In this document: positions 1-8,335 of the stretch, in pieces | Position numbering within the stretch: position 1 is the first letter of the stretch | How the letters are laid out: each line of letters starts with the position of its first letter | From: Sinorhizobium meliloti | GTDB lineage: Bacteria > Pseudomonadota > Alphaproteobacteria > Rhizobiales > Rhizobiaceae | DNA length: 32,000 nt | Reading direction: 5' to 3' | Assembly: GCF_017876815.1 (NCBI RefSeq) | Contig: NZ_JAGIOS010000001.1 | Location: 3,840,001-3,872,000 of the forward strand | The notes under the pieces: generated by a model | What the model was told of the DNA's origin: nothing | The model's input: only the letters and a program-made list of their open reading frames with translations | Database searches by the model: none | Made by a program: the position numbers and the translations under genes

Positions 1-424
1 TCTCTTTCTCTGCCATGGCACGCCGGCAAGCGACGAGACCTACTGGATGGAGGCGCTGACGGGCGATGGCATCGTTCACATGGCGCGGCGCGCGGAGATC
101 GAGCGCTTTGCCGACGGTATCGAGCATCCAGTGATCCTCTGCGGCCACACGCATGTTCAACGCGCCCTGCGGCTTTCGGGCGGGCGGCTGCTGGTCAACC
201 CGGGCAGTGTCGGCTGCCCTGCCTATGACGACGACCGGCCGGTCGCGCACAAGGTCGAAACCGGTTCGCCGGATGCCCGCTACGCCATTGTCGAGCGGGC
301 CTCCGGCGACTGGAACGTCACCTTCCGCTGTGTCGGCTACGATCACATGGCGGCGTCGCTCCTCGCGGCCGAACGCGGCCGCGCCGAATGGGCAAGGGCG
401 CTCGCGACCGGATTCCTCGACTGA
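1..424 (+). CDS. metallophosphoesterase family protein, C-terminal part (5' end upstream of window)
   Basis: The frame is open from base 2 (LFLCHGTPASDETYW...) to TGA at 422-424. It carries the GHTH and NPGSVG motifs of calcineurin-like/YfcE-type phosphoesterases. Confidence 0.8.
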   Translation, partial: LFLCHGTPASDETYWMEALTGDGIVHMARRAEIERFADGIEHPVILCGHTHVQRALRLSGGRLLVNPGSVGCPAYDDDRPVAHKVETGSPDARYAIVERASGDWNVTFRCVGYDHMAASLLAAERGRAEWARALATGFLD

Positions 425-427
425 CTT

Positions 428-1078
428 CTACCGGGCGCCTTCCAGTGCATCGAGATCGGCGCCGGTTATCGCCGCGATGTTGCGCGTCACCTTGTCGATC
501 GGCCAACGCCACCAGGCAATCGCCTGCAATCGCTCGATCGTTGCATCGGGGAAGCGCAATCTCACCACCCGTGCGGGATTGCCCGCGACGACGGCATAGG
601 GAGGCACATCCTTCGTAACGACCGCTTTTGCCGCAACGATCGCGCCATCGCCGATCGTCACGCCCGGCAAAATGGTCGCCTCCATGCCGATCCAGACATC
701 GTTTCCGACGGTCGTGTCGCCACGATAACCGGTCCTGTAGGCGTCAGGGTCGAAGCCATCGCGCCAGGCACCGGGGAAGATGCCGAACGGAAAGGTCGAG
801 AAGCCTCCGGTCGCGTGGTTGGCCCCGTTCATAATGAACTGTATGCCGGTCGCCAGCGCACAGAAGCGGCCGATCACCAGCCGATCGCCCACGAAGTCAT
901 AGTGATAGAGAACGCACTTCTCTTCGAAGCGCTCGGGACCGTCCGGATCGTCGTAATAGCTGAACTCGCCGGCCTCGATCAGTGGCGAGCGCACGATGTT
1001 CCTGAGAAATCCGATGCGCGGGAACTCGGCGACGGGAAAGGCGGCGCCAGGATCAGGCGCGGAATGGATGGTTGGCAT
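428..1078 (-). CDS. Vat-family (xenobiotic/streptogramin A type) hexapeptide-repeat O-acetyltransferase
   Basis: The motif block [50 protein letters not shown], followed by left-handed beta-helix repeats ([27 protein letters not shown]), is typical of Vat/XAT enzymes. I chose the internal ATG at 1078 (MPTIHS...) because GGAGCG lies 6 nt upstream. The 60-aa N-terminal extension of the tracked ORF looks non-coding. Confidence 0.85.
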   Translation of the reverse strand: MPTIHSAPDPGAAFPVAEFPRIGFLRNIVRSPLIEAGEFSYYDDPDGPERFEEKCVLYHYDFVGDRLVIGRFCALATGIQFIMNGANHATGGFSTFPFGIFPGAWRDGFDPDAYRTGYRGDTTVGNDVWIGMEATILPGVTIGDGAIVAAKAVVTKDVPPYAVVAGNPARVVRLRFPDATIERLQAIAWWRWPIDKVTRNIAAITGADLDALEGAR

Positions 1079-1359
1079 TATTCGCTCCAGGGAAATGGTC
1101 GTCAAAGCAGACATACAGGCCGGCTCTGCGGTCCGGCTGCACAAAACCGCTTGAACCCGGACCTTTCTCGGTGGCGCATCTGCCCCTCCATCGAACGGCA
1201 GAGAACTTAACGCGCCTGCGCCGGCAATTCCAGCCGCCGCCTGGTCCAGCTTCATATTCCCCTAACCCTGTTGTCTGCCGGGCACGCGAGTGCCTGCCGG
1301 ATTAATCAGATCTATCGGAATTTCCGCTTCAATGGCTGCATCACGCATGCGGATCGACA

Positions 1360-2613
1360 ATGATGGCAAGTTCCGATTTCACCCTTTCGCCGGAAACCAG
1401 CGCCGGGCGGTATCATTCGGCCGGGAGCCTCGCCCATGGAGGCAGCGCTGCCGATCGGATCACCATCTCCGTCCACGCGGACATGGCCGAGCTCGAAGCG
1501 GAATGGCGAGCGCTTGACGAAAGCAGCGGCAATTCGCTGCACCAGAGCTTCGACTGGTGCGCGGCATGGACAAAGACGCATGGCAGCGAACTGCTCATCG
1601 TCCGTGGCGCCGCTGGCAGGGAGCCGCTTTTTCTCCTTCCTTTCGAGATCGAACGCAGCCGGCTTCTCCGCGCGGCGCGCCTGATCGGCTCGGAGCACAG
1701 CAATCTCAACACCGGCCTGTTCGGCGCCGGCATCGGCAACGTGCCCGCTGCGGAGCTCACGGCAGCGCTGACCGGCGGTATCGGTCGCCAGCTCCGCCGT
1801 TTCGCGGACGTGATCGTATTCGACCGGACGCCGCGGATCTGGCGCGGCGCGCCGCACCCCCTCGCCGTTCTGGCCGGCATCGAGAACCCGAACGCCTCGT
1901 TCCAATTGCCGCTTCTCGGCACCATGGAGCGCACGCTCGCCCAGATCAATGCCAAGCGGCGGCGCAAAAAGATGCGCATATCCGAAAGGCGCCTCGCCGA
2001 GATCGGCGGCTACGACTATGTGATCGCTCGCGAAGCGCAGGAGGCCCATGCCCTGCTCGAGACATTCTTCCGGCAGAAAGCCGCCCGCTTCGAGACACTC
2101 GGCCTGCCGGATTCCTTTCGCGAGGCGGAGACGCGCACCTTTTTCCACGCCCTGATCGATGCCAGGGCCCCCGAGCCCGGCAACCTCCTGGAGCTCAATG
2201 CCATAAGGCTGAGGGGCGAACACGCCGGCCGCATTGTCGCGGTCGCCGGTCTCTCGCGCAAGGGCGACCACGTCATCTGCCAGTTCGGCTCGATCGACGA
2301 GGAAATCGCCGCGGATGCCAGCCCGGGCGAGTTGCTTTTCTACAGAATGATCGAGCGTCTTTGCGCAGAAGGCGTCGCCCTCTTCGACTTCGGCATCGGC
2401 GATCAGCCTTACAAGCGGTCGTGGTGCACGGTCGAGACGACGTTGCGCGACATCGTTCTGCCCCTGACGTTCCGCGGCCGGCTGGCCGCCGGCGGTTTCA
2501 GGGCGATCGCCCGGGCGAAACGGTTGGTCAAGGCCAACGAAACGCTTTATGCCTTCATTCAACGGCAGCGGCAGCGGCGACAGACATCGGCTGCGAACGC
2601 GGATGAAGCGTGA
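1360..2613 (+). CDS. GNAT-superfamily acyltransferase, CelD/BioF2/FemAB-like (Acetyltransf_6 type)
   Basis: 417 aa. The pattern EAEWRALD...SLHQSFDW near the N-terminus and LFDFGIGDQPYKRSW near the C-terminus is characteristic of cellulose-biosynthesis CelD-like / HfsK-like N-acyltransferases. Its stop lies 2 nt from the stop of the convergent ExoP-like gene. Confidence 0.75.
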   Translation: MMASSDFTLSPETSAGRYHSAGSLAHGGSAADRITISVHADMAELEAEWRALDESSGNSLHQSFDWCAAWTKTHGSELLIVRGAAGREPLFLLPFEIERSRLLRAARLIGSEHSNLNTGLFGAGIGNVPAAELTAALTGGIGRQLRRFADVIVFDRTPRIWRGAPHPLAVLAGIENPNASFQLPLLGTMERTLAQINAKRRRKKMRISERRLAEIGGYDYVIAREAQEAHALLETFFRQKAARFETLGLPDSFREAETRTFFHALIDARAPEPGNLLELNAIRLRGEHAGRIVAVAGLSRKGDHVICQFGSIDEEIAADASPGELLFYRMIERLCAEGVALFDFGIGDQPYKRSWCTVETTLRDIVLPLTFRGRLAAGGFRAIARAKRLVKANETLYAFIQRQRQRRQTSAANADEA

Positions 2614-2615
2614 CG

Positions 2616-4754
2616 TTATGCAGCGCGGCGGTCGGGAAAATCCGGGCCGTCCTGCCCCTTCCCGGTCATCAGCACGACGTCGCGATATCCGGCTTCCCCG
2701 AAACTCATCAGCATTTCGACGATCTCATCGTCGCTGATCGACGGTGCCGACAGGATGATCTCGGTGCCCTCGTGCCGTGCCACCTTGGCCACGGCCTCCG
2801 CGTCGGCCGACCCGCATTCGATCAGGACGAGATCGTAGGCATTGGCGAGCGCATCGATGATGATCTGCAGCCGGTCGATGCCGCGCATCGCCGCATGAGG
2901 GTCGGCGTCGCCATGGGGTATGATATGTGCTTCGGACAACCTGTCCGAATGAATCGACCCGGAGAAGGCGACTTCGCCCATGAGCAGATTCGTGACCCCG
3001 GCAAGGTCCCGCGATTGTGCCATGAGCCGCGTCGGACAGGCCGAACCGGAGAGGTCGATCAGCACGACTTTCTGCCCGTCCTCGGCCAGAAGGCGCGCCA
3101 GCATCACGGTCGCCGTCGATCCCTCGTCGCCGCCCGGGGATACCGAGACCGCAATCCGCACACCGTTGGCACGAAGATGTTCGGCGACCGACTCGATCGA
3201 AAAGTCGTGCTTCGATGCCGCATTCCCATCGTCGCCGTTCTCCTCGGGCGCAGGGTCTGCGGCGGCGAGGACAGATGCGGGATTTTCTTCGACGGCACCA
3301 GGGACTGAAGGCATTTCTGCCGGCTGACCCGGGGCCGGTGCTTCGGGGACCGAGACCGGCCTTAGCGCCCGGCCACTGAAAAGTTCGCCGAGCATGATGA
3401 CGACGCAACTGAACAGGAGGCTCGCAAAGGCAGCGACGATCGTTATCGGCAGCACCTTCGGGAAGCTCTGGCTGGTCGGGACCACGGCGCGCGAAATCAC
3501 ACGCGCATCGGCCGGAGTTGCGTTTGCAACGGTACGCGAGGTCGCCTCGCGGTATCGGGCGAGATAGGTTTCGAGCAGTTGGCGCTGCGCCGTTGCCTCG
3601 CGCTCGAGCGCGCGCAGCCCGACTTCCTCCTCGCCCGCCTGCGCCGATTGCGCCTTGAGCGTGTTCATTTGCTGAACGAGCTGCTGCTCGCGCAGTTGCC
3701 CGACCTTCGCCTCATTTTCGAGGCTCGCAAGAATCTTCCGGGTCTCCGACCGGATCGCCCCTTCGATCCCTTCGAGCTGGGACTTGAGCCCCTTCAACCG
3801 CGGATGACCGTCGAGCAGTGCCGTCGACAGATCTGCGATCTGCGCCTGGACGTTGGCGTGGTTCTCCTTGAGACGCTGGATCATCGGCGAACCGACGATG
3901 TCGGCAAGCGTGTCCGCCGGACGGCCGTCGGCGAGCGCCGTCCGCATACCCTCGGCGCGAGCGGCCGTGTTCGCCCGCTCCGACCGCACCCGTGCAAGCT
4001 CCGTCGAAATGTCGGTAAGCTGGCGCGTGGCAAAATTCTGCGTCTCGCCGGCCGGAAGCAGGCCCGACTCGGCGCGGTAAAGCGCGACCTTCGCCTCCGC
4101 CTCGCGCACCTTCTCGCGCAGGTTGGCGATCTCCGGCTCAAGCCAGCGGCTTGCCTCGGAGTTCGAGTCGAGCTTGGCTCCGCTCTGCAGCGAAAGATAG
4201 ACATTGGCCATTTCGTTCGGAATGGCGGCTGCGAGCGTCGCATCCTTCGAGGTGAAGGCGATGGCGATCACACGCGACTTTTCGACCTGGTAGACCTGCA
4301 GCTTCTCTTCGAACTCCTTCAGCACCCGTTCTTCCGGCGGCAAATCGAGAGTATTCTTCTTCAGGCCCAACATCACCAGGAGATCGGACGCGGCGGAAGG
4401 CCGTGCGGAGGGATCGAACTCGTCGAGTTCGTGAAGCTTCATGTTGCGCGCGACCTGCTTGATCAGGTCCGCCGAACGCAGGACCTGCACCTGGCTGAGG
4501 ATGCCCGACTCGTCGAACATCCGGTCGGAGCCATTCTGCGAAACTTGATTGGCGCCGCTGAACTCGGGCTCGCGCGACTCAATCAGGACGCGCGTCTCGC
4601 CCTCGTAATCGGGAGCGACCATCTTGGCAGCCCCGAAAGCGACGGCAGCGGCCCCAACCGTGGCGAGCAGCACCCGCACGCGGCGCTGCCAGATGGCGCG
4701 AAAAAGCCCGCCGAGATCGATATCCACATCCTGCTGCCCGCCGATGCCCGACAT
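2616..4754 (-). CDS. polysaccharide co-polymerase (ExoP/GumC/Wzc-like chain-length determinant) with a degenerate C-terminal P-loop domain
   Basis: It has an N-terminal TM segment plus a Wzz-type periplasmic domain (ILSQVQVLRSADL...), a long coiled coil, a second TM segment (LPITIVAAFASLLFSCVVIML) and a MinD/BY-kinase-like C-terminus. The start was set at ATG 4754 (MSGIGGQQ) with GGAG 8 nt upstream. The tracked start at 4811 is a TTG. Confidence 0.85.
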   Translation of the reverse strand: MSGIGGQQDVDIDLGGLFRAIWQRRVRVLLATVGAAAVAFGAAKMVAPDYEGETRVLIESREPEFSGANQVSQNGSDRMFDESGILSQVQVLRSADLIKQVARNMKLHELDEFDPSARPSAASDLLVMLGLKKNTLDLPPEERVLKEFEEKLQVYQVEKSRVIAIAFTSKDATLAAAIPNEMANVYLSLQSGAKLDSNSEASRWLEPEIANLREKVREAEAKVALYRAESGLLPAGETQNFATRQLTDISTELARVRSERANTAARAEGMRTALADGRPADTLADIVGSPMIQRLKENHANVQAQIADLSTALLDGHPRLKGLKSQLEGIEGAIRSETRKILASLENEAKVGQLREQQLVQQMNTLKAQSAQAGEEEVGLRALEREATAQRQLLETYLARYREATSRTVANATPADARVISRAVVPTSQSFPKVLPITIVAAFASLLFSCVVIMLGELFSGRALRPVSVPEAPAPGQPAEMPSVPGAVEENPASVLAAADPAPEENGDDGNAASKHDFSIESVAEHLRANGVRIAVSVSPGGDEGSTATVMLARLLAEDGQKVVLIDLSGSACPTRLMAQSRDLAGVTNLLMGEVAFSGSIHSDRLSEAHIIPHGDADPHAAMRGIDRLQIIIDALANAYDLVLIECGSADAEAVAKVARHEGTEIILSAPSISDDEIVEMLMSFGEAGYRDVVLMTGKGQDGPDFPDRRAA

Positions 4755-4963
4755 GCCTGCACTCCAAAGCTTTCTCGTTTGGCGGGAAGGTAAACGAACA
4801 TGGTAACCCAACGGTTAATTTCCGCTGCAACCAGAGGGCTGCATGCGTCATGGATCGGAAGGACATTCGATGCCGGAAATTCTCGTGGCGGATTTACCGG
4901 CCATTAACCCTAACGGATCGATAACATCGGCGAACGGTGATCGTTTTCGGAGCCCCTAACCGC

Positions 4964-5539
4964 ATGTCGACCGCAGCCAACAAGAGAACAAGCGTCTTCG
5001 CCGTTGCGATTTTGTCGGCGCTCGTCGGCGGTTGCACGAATTACCAGCCCGCCCCCAAAGGCTTCAGTCAGGCGACGGTGCAGCCCTATCGGCTGGACAG
5101 CGGTGACCGCCTGCGCATCAACGTCTTCGAACAGGCAAGCCTCAGCGGCAGCTATACGGTCGATCAGGCCGGCTATGTCGCCTTCCCGCTGATCGGGGCC
5201 GTTCCGTCACGCGGGCATACGCTTCCGGAACTGGAGGGGATGATCGCATCGAAGCTGCGCCAGGGCTTCCTCAAGGATCCGGACGTCACGATCGAGGTCG
5301 ACCGCTACCGTTCCGTCTTCATCATGGGCGAAGTGGGACAGGCCGGCCAATATGCCTACGTACCGGGGATGACGGTACAGAATGCGATCGCCGTCGCAGG
5401 CGGCTTCACGCCACGCGCCAACCAGGCGACCGCCGACATCACCCGCAAGATCAACGGCCGCATCATCACCGGACGCGTTCCGATAACCGACCCGGTTCTC
5501 GCCGGCGACACCGTCTATATACGCGAACGACTGTTCTGA
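4964..5539 (+). CDS. polysaccharide export outer-membrane lipoprotein (Wza/OPX family, short form)
   Basis: It has a lipobox LVGGC after a signal peptide, followed by a Poly_export motif (DSGDRLRINVFEQ...YTVDQAGYVAFPLIG) and an SLBB-like segment (VFIMGEVGQAGQY). ATG 4964 is preferred over the tracked GTG at 4937; the exact start is uncertain. Confidence 0.85.
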   Translation: MSTAANKRTSVFAVAILSALVGGCTNYQPAPKGFSQATVQPYRLDSGDRLRINVFEQASLSGSYTVDQAGYVAFPLIGAVPSRGHTLPELEGMIASKLRQGFLKDPDVTIEVDRYRSVFIMGEVGQAGQYAYVPGMTVQNAIAVAGGFTPRANQATADITRKINGRIITGRVPITDPVLAGDTVYIRERLF

Positions 5540-5544
5540 TCGCC

Positions 5545-6714
5545 ATGAGCGAACGCCCCTTGCGCATTCTTCATTGCTTCAGATCCCCGGTCGGCGGCAT
5601 ATTCCGGCACGTGCGCGACCTTGCCGAGGCCCATGCGAATGCCGGGCATCAGGTCGGGATCCTTTGCGACAGCACCACCGGCGGTACCCACGAGGACGCG
5701 CTGTTTGAAGAGGTTCGCCCTCACCTGGCACTCGGCATCATCCGCGTACCGATCCATCGTTCGATCGGGGCATCGGACGCCGCGGCGCTATGGCGCGGCT
5801 ACAAGGAAATCAGAAGTTTGCAACCGGATGTATTGCACGGGCACGGCGCCAAGGGTGGCGTGCTGGCGCGTATCGTCGGTTCAGCCCTGCGGGTCAACAA
5901 GTATCGCGTAGCCCGCCTCTATTCGCCCCACGGGGGCAGCCTTCATTTCGAGCGCCGGTCCCTGGCAGGTTCGCTCATTCTCCGCGTCGAGCGCCTGCAG
6001 GAACGCCTGACCGACGCCCTTGTCTTCGTCTGCGAATACGAACGCCGCACCTACGGTGCCAGGGTCGGCCTTCCACTGGCACGCAACGAGCTGATCTATA
6101 ACGGCATAGACGACGCGGAATTCGAACCCGTCGAGACGGGGCCGGGCGCTGTCGATTTCCTCTATATCGGCATGATGCGGGACCTGAAGGGTCCCGATCT
6201 TTTTATCGAAGGATTTGCCGCAGCCGAAGAGATCGCCGGCCGCAGACTTTCCGCCTTGATGGTTGGAGATGGCCCGCAGCAGCGGCAATACGAAGAAATG
6301 ACCCTGCGCATGGGCCTCGCAGATCGCGTCAGGCTGCTGCCGGCAATGAGGGCGCGCGAGGCTTTCGCTCTGGCCCGCAAGGTCGTCATTCCCTCCCGCG
6401 CGGAATCCATGCCCTATATCCTTCTGGAAGCGCTCGCCGCCGGAAAGCCCGTAATCGCGACCCGCGTCGGAGGAATCCCGGAGGTTCTCGGGGCCGATAG
6501 CGAGGCGCTCGTCCCACCCGGAGATGCGGGGGCGCTCGCCCGTCTCATGGCCGACGCCATCGGGGACGCCGGCTGGGCTGCCCGGACGATGCCCGACGCG
6601 GAACGGTTCAAATCCCGCTTCGCCGCATCGGTGATGACCAGACACGTGATGCAGCTTTATCGGGACCTCACCGAGGAATCGCTTGTGCCGCAGGGGCGGC
6701 TGCGTACAACGTAA
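5545..6714 (+). CDS. glycosyltransferase family 4
   Basis: It has the N-terminal ILHCFRSPVGGIFRHVRDL motif and the C-terminal E-x7-E region (ESMPYILLEALAAGKPVIATRVGGIPE). The start is 6 nt after the preceding stop. Confidence 0.88.
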   Translation: MSERPLRILHCFRSPVGGIFRHVRDLAEAHANAGHQVGILCDSTTGGTHEDALFEEVRPHLALGIIRVPIHRSIGASDAAALWRGYKEIRSLQPDVLHGHGAKGGVLARIVGSALRVNKYRVARLYSPHGGSLHFERRSLAGSLILRVERLQERLTDALVFVCEYERRTYGARVGLPLARNELIYNGIDDAEFEPVETGPGAVDFLYIGMMRDLKGPDLFIEGFAAAEEIAGRRLSALMVGDGPQQRQYEEMTLRMGLADRVRLLPAMRAREAFALARKVVIPSRAESMPYILLEALAAGKPVIATRVGGIPEVLGADSEALVPPGDAGALARLMADAIGDAGWAARTMPDAERFKSRFAASVMTRHVMQLYRDLTEESLVPQGRLRTT

Positions 6715-6772
6715 GCGTTTCTTAGTGGCTTTCTGCTATCCGGGCGAAGGACTTCAGCGCCGGAAAGCGACC

Positions 6773-8335
6773 ATGAACCAGTTTGACAGGCCAGAGACCT
6801 TCGATCCCGAAGCGCTTCGCAAGAAGGTCTCGGAGATCCGCAAGACGACCACCGAACAAAAGGACGGGACAAGGGGCAATGCGGGGCTCAACCCGCTGGC
6901 GAAGCAGATCGCCCTTCAGTTCCGTGCGGACACCTATACACCGGCGATGATCACCGGACTTATCCGGCTTCTCGACTTCTGCGCGCTTTTTGCCATCGGC
7001 TACGGCATCAATGCACAATATGTCGCGCCGACGCTGGAGCAGCTGCCGGTGTATCTCCTCATGCTCGCCGGCGGACCGGCGCTTGCCGTTGCCGCCATGC
7101 AGGTCGCCGACGCCTACCAGGTGCCGGCACTGCGCGCCTGGCTCAGGATGACGCCGCGCGTCCTCGGCGCCTGGACGGCTGCCTTCGGCGTGATTGCGCT
7201 CGGCCTCTTCTTTCTCAAATCGGGCCACCTCTATTCGCGATTCTGGATCGGCGCATGGTTCCTCGCCGGCGGGTTTTTCCTCGTCGCGGAGCGCGCATTC
7301 ATCGCCTATTCGATCCGCCACTGGTCGAGAAACGGCACCATGGAACGGCGAGCCGTCATCGTCGGTGGCGGGCAGCCCGCGAAGGACCTGATCCGGGAGA
7401 TCGAGCATCAGCCGGACAACGACATCCGCATCTGCGGGATCTTCGACGATCGAGACGAGCGCCGGTCCCCGAATGTGATTGCCGGTTATCCGAAACTCGG
7501 GACAGTGGACGAACTGGTCGAATTCGCCCGCCTCGCCCGCATCGACATGCTGATCATCTCGCTGCCGCTGACTGCGGAAAAGCGCATCCTCGCACTCCTC
7601 AGAAAGCTGTGGGTGCTTCCGGTCGACATTCGGCTTGCGGCGCACGCCAACAATCTCCGTTTCCGCCCACGCAGCTATTCGCATGTCGGGCAGGTCCCGA
7701 TGCTCGACATCTTCGACAAGCCGATCGCCGACTGGGATTCCGTCGCCAAGCGCTGCTTCGATATCTTTTTCAGTCTCGTGGCGCTCGCTTTGCTCTGGCC
7801 CGTCATGCTCGCCGCCGCCGTCGCGGTGAAGGTCACCTCGCCCGGTCCGATCATCTTCAAGCAGCACCGCCACGGCTTCAACAACGAGACCATAGAGGTC
7901 TACAAGTTCCGCTCGATGTACACGCATATGAGCGACCCGACCGCACGCAACGCCGTAACCAAGAACGACCCTCGCGTAACCCCCCTCGGACGCTTCCTGC
8001 GCAAATCCTCGATCGACGAGTTGCCCCAGTTCTTCAATGTGCTGAAAGGCGAGCTCTCGCTCGTCGGGCCGCGTCCCCACGCCGTGCTGGCGCAGACGAA
8101 GGACCGAACCTATTCCGATGTCGTCGAAGGCTATTTTGCCCGCCATCGCGTCAAGCCGGGAGTGACCGGCTGGGCGCAGATCAACGGCTGGCGCGGTGAA
8201 ATCGACAACGACGAAAAGATCCGGTTCCGAACGGCATTCGACCTCTACTATATCGAGAACTGGTCGCTGCTGCTCGACCTGAAGATTCTCATCCTCACGC
8301 CGTTCCGGCTGCTGAACACGGAAAACGCCTATTGA
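6773..8335 (+). CDS. undecaprenyl-phosphate hexose-1-phosphate transferase (WbaP/ExoY-type priming glycosyltransferase)
   Basis: It has N-terminal TM helices, a Rossmann-like segment (RRAVIVGGGQPAKDLI) and the bacterial sugar-transferase domain (PGPIIFKQHRHGFNNETIEVYKFRSM...DPRVTPLGRFLRKSSIDELPQFFNVLKGELSLVGPRPH). ATG 6773 (MNQFDRP) was chosen over the upstream tracked start. Confidence 0.9.
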   Translation: MNQFDRPETFDPEALRKKVSEIRKTTTEQKDGTRGNAGLNPLAKQIALQFRADTYTPAMITGLIRLLDFCALFAIGYGINAQYVAPTLEQLPVYLLMLAGGPALAVAAMQVADAYQVPALRAWLRMTPRVLGAWTAAFGVIALGLFFLKSGHLYSRFWIGAWFLAGGFFLVAERAFIAYSIRHWSRNGTMERRAVIVGGGQPAKDLIREIEHQPDNDIRICGIFDDRDERRSPNVIAGYPKLGTVDELVEFARLARIDMLIISLPLTAEKRILALLRKLWVLPVDIRLAAHANNLRFRPRSYSHVGQVPMLDIFDKPIADWDSVAKRCFDIFFSLVALALLWPVMLAAAVAVKVTSPGPIIFKQHRHGFNNETIEVYKFRSMYTHMSDPTARNAVTKNDPRVTPLGRFLRKSSIDELPQFFNVLKGELSLVGPRPHAVLAQTKDRTYSDVVEGYFARHRVKPGVTGWAQINGWRGEIDNDEKIRFRTAFDLYYIENWSLLLDLKILILTPFRLLNTENAY

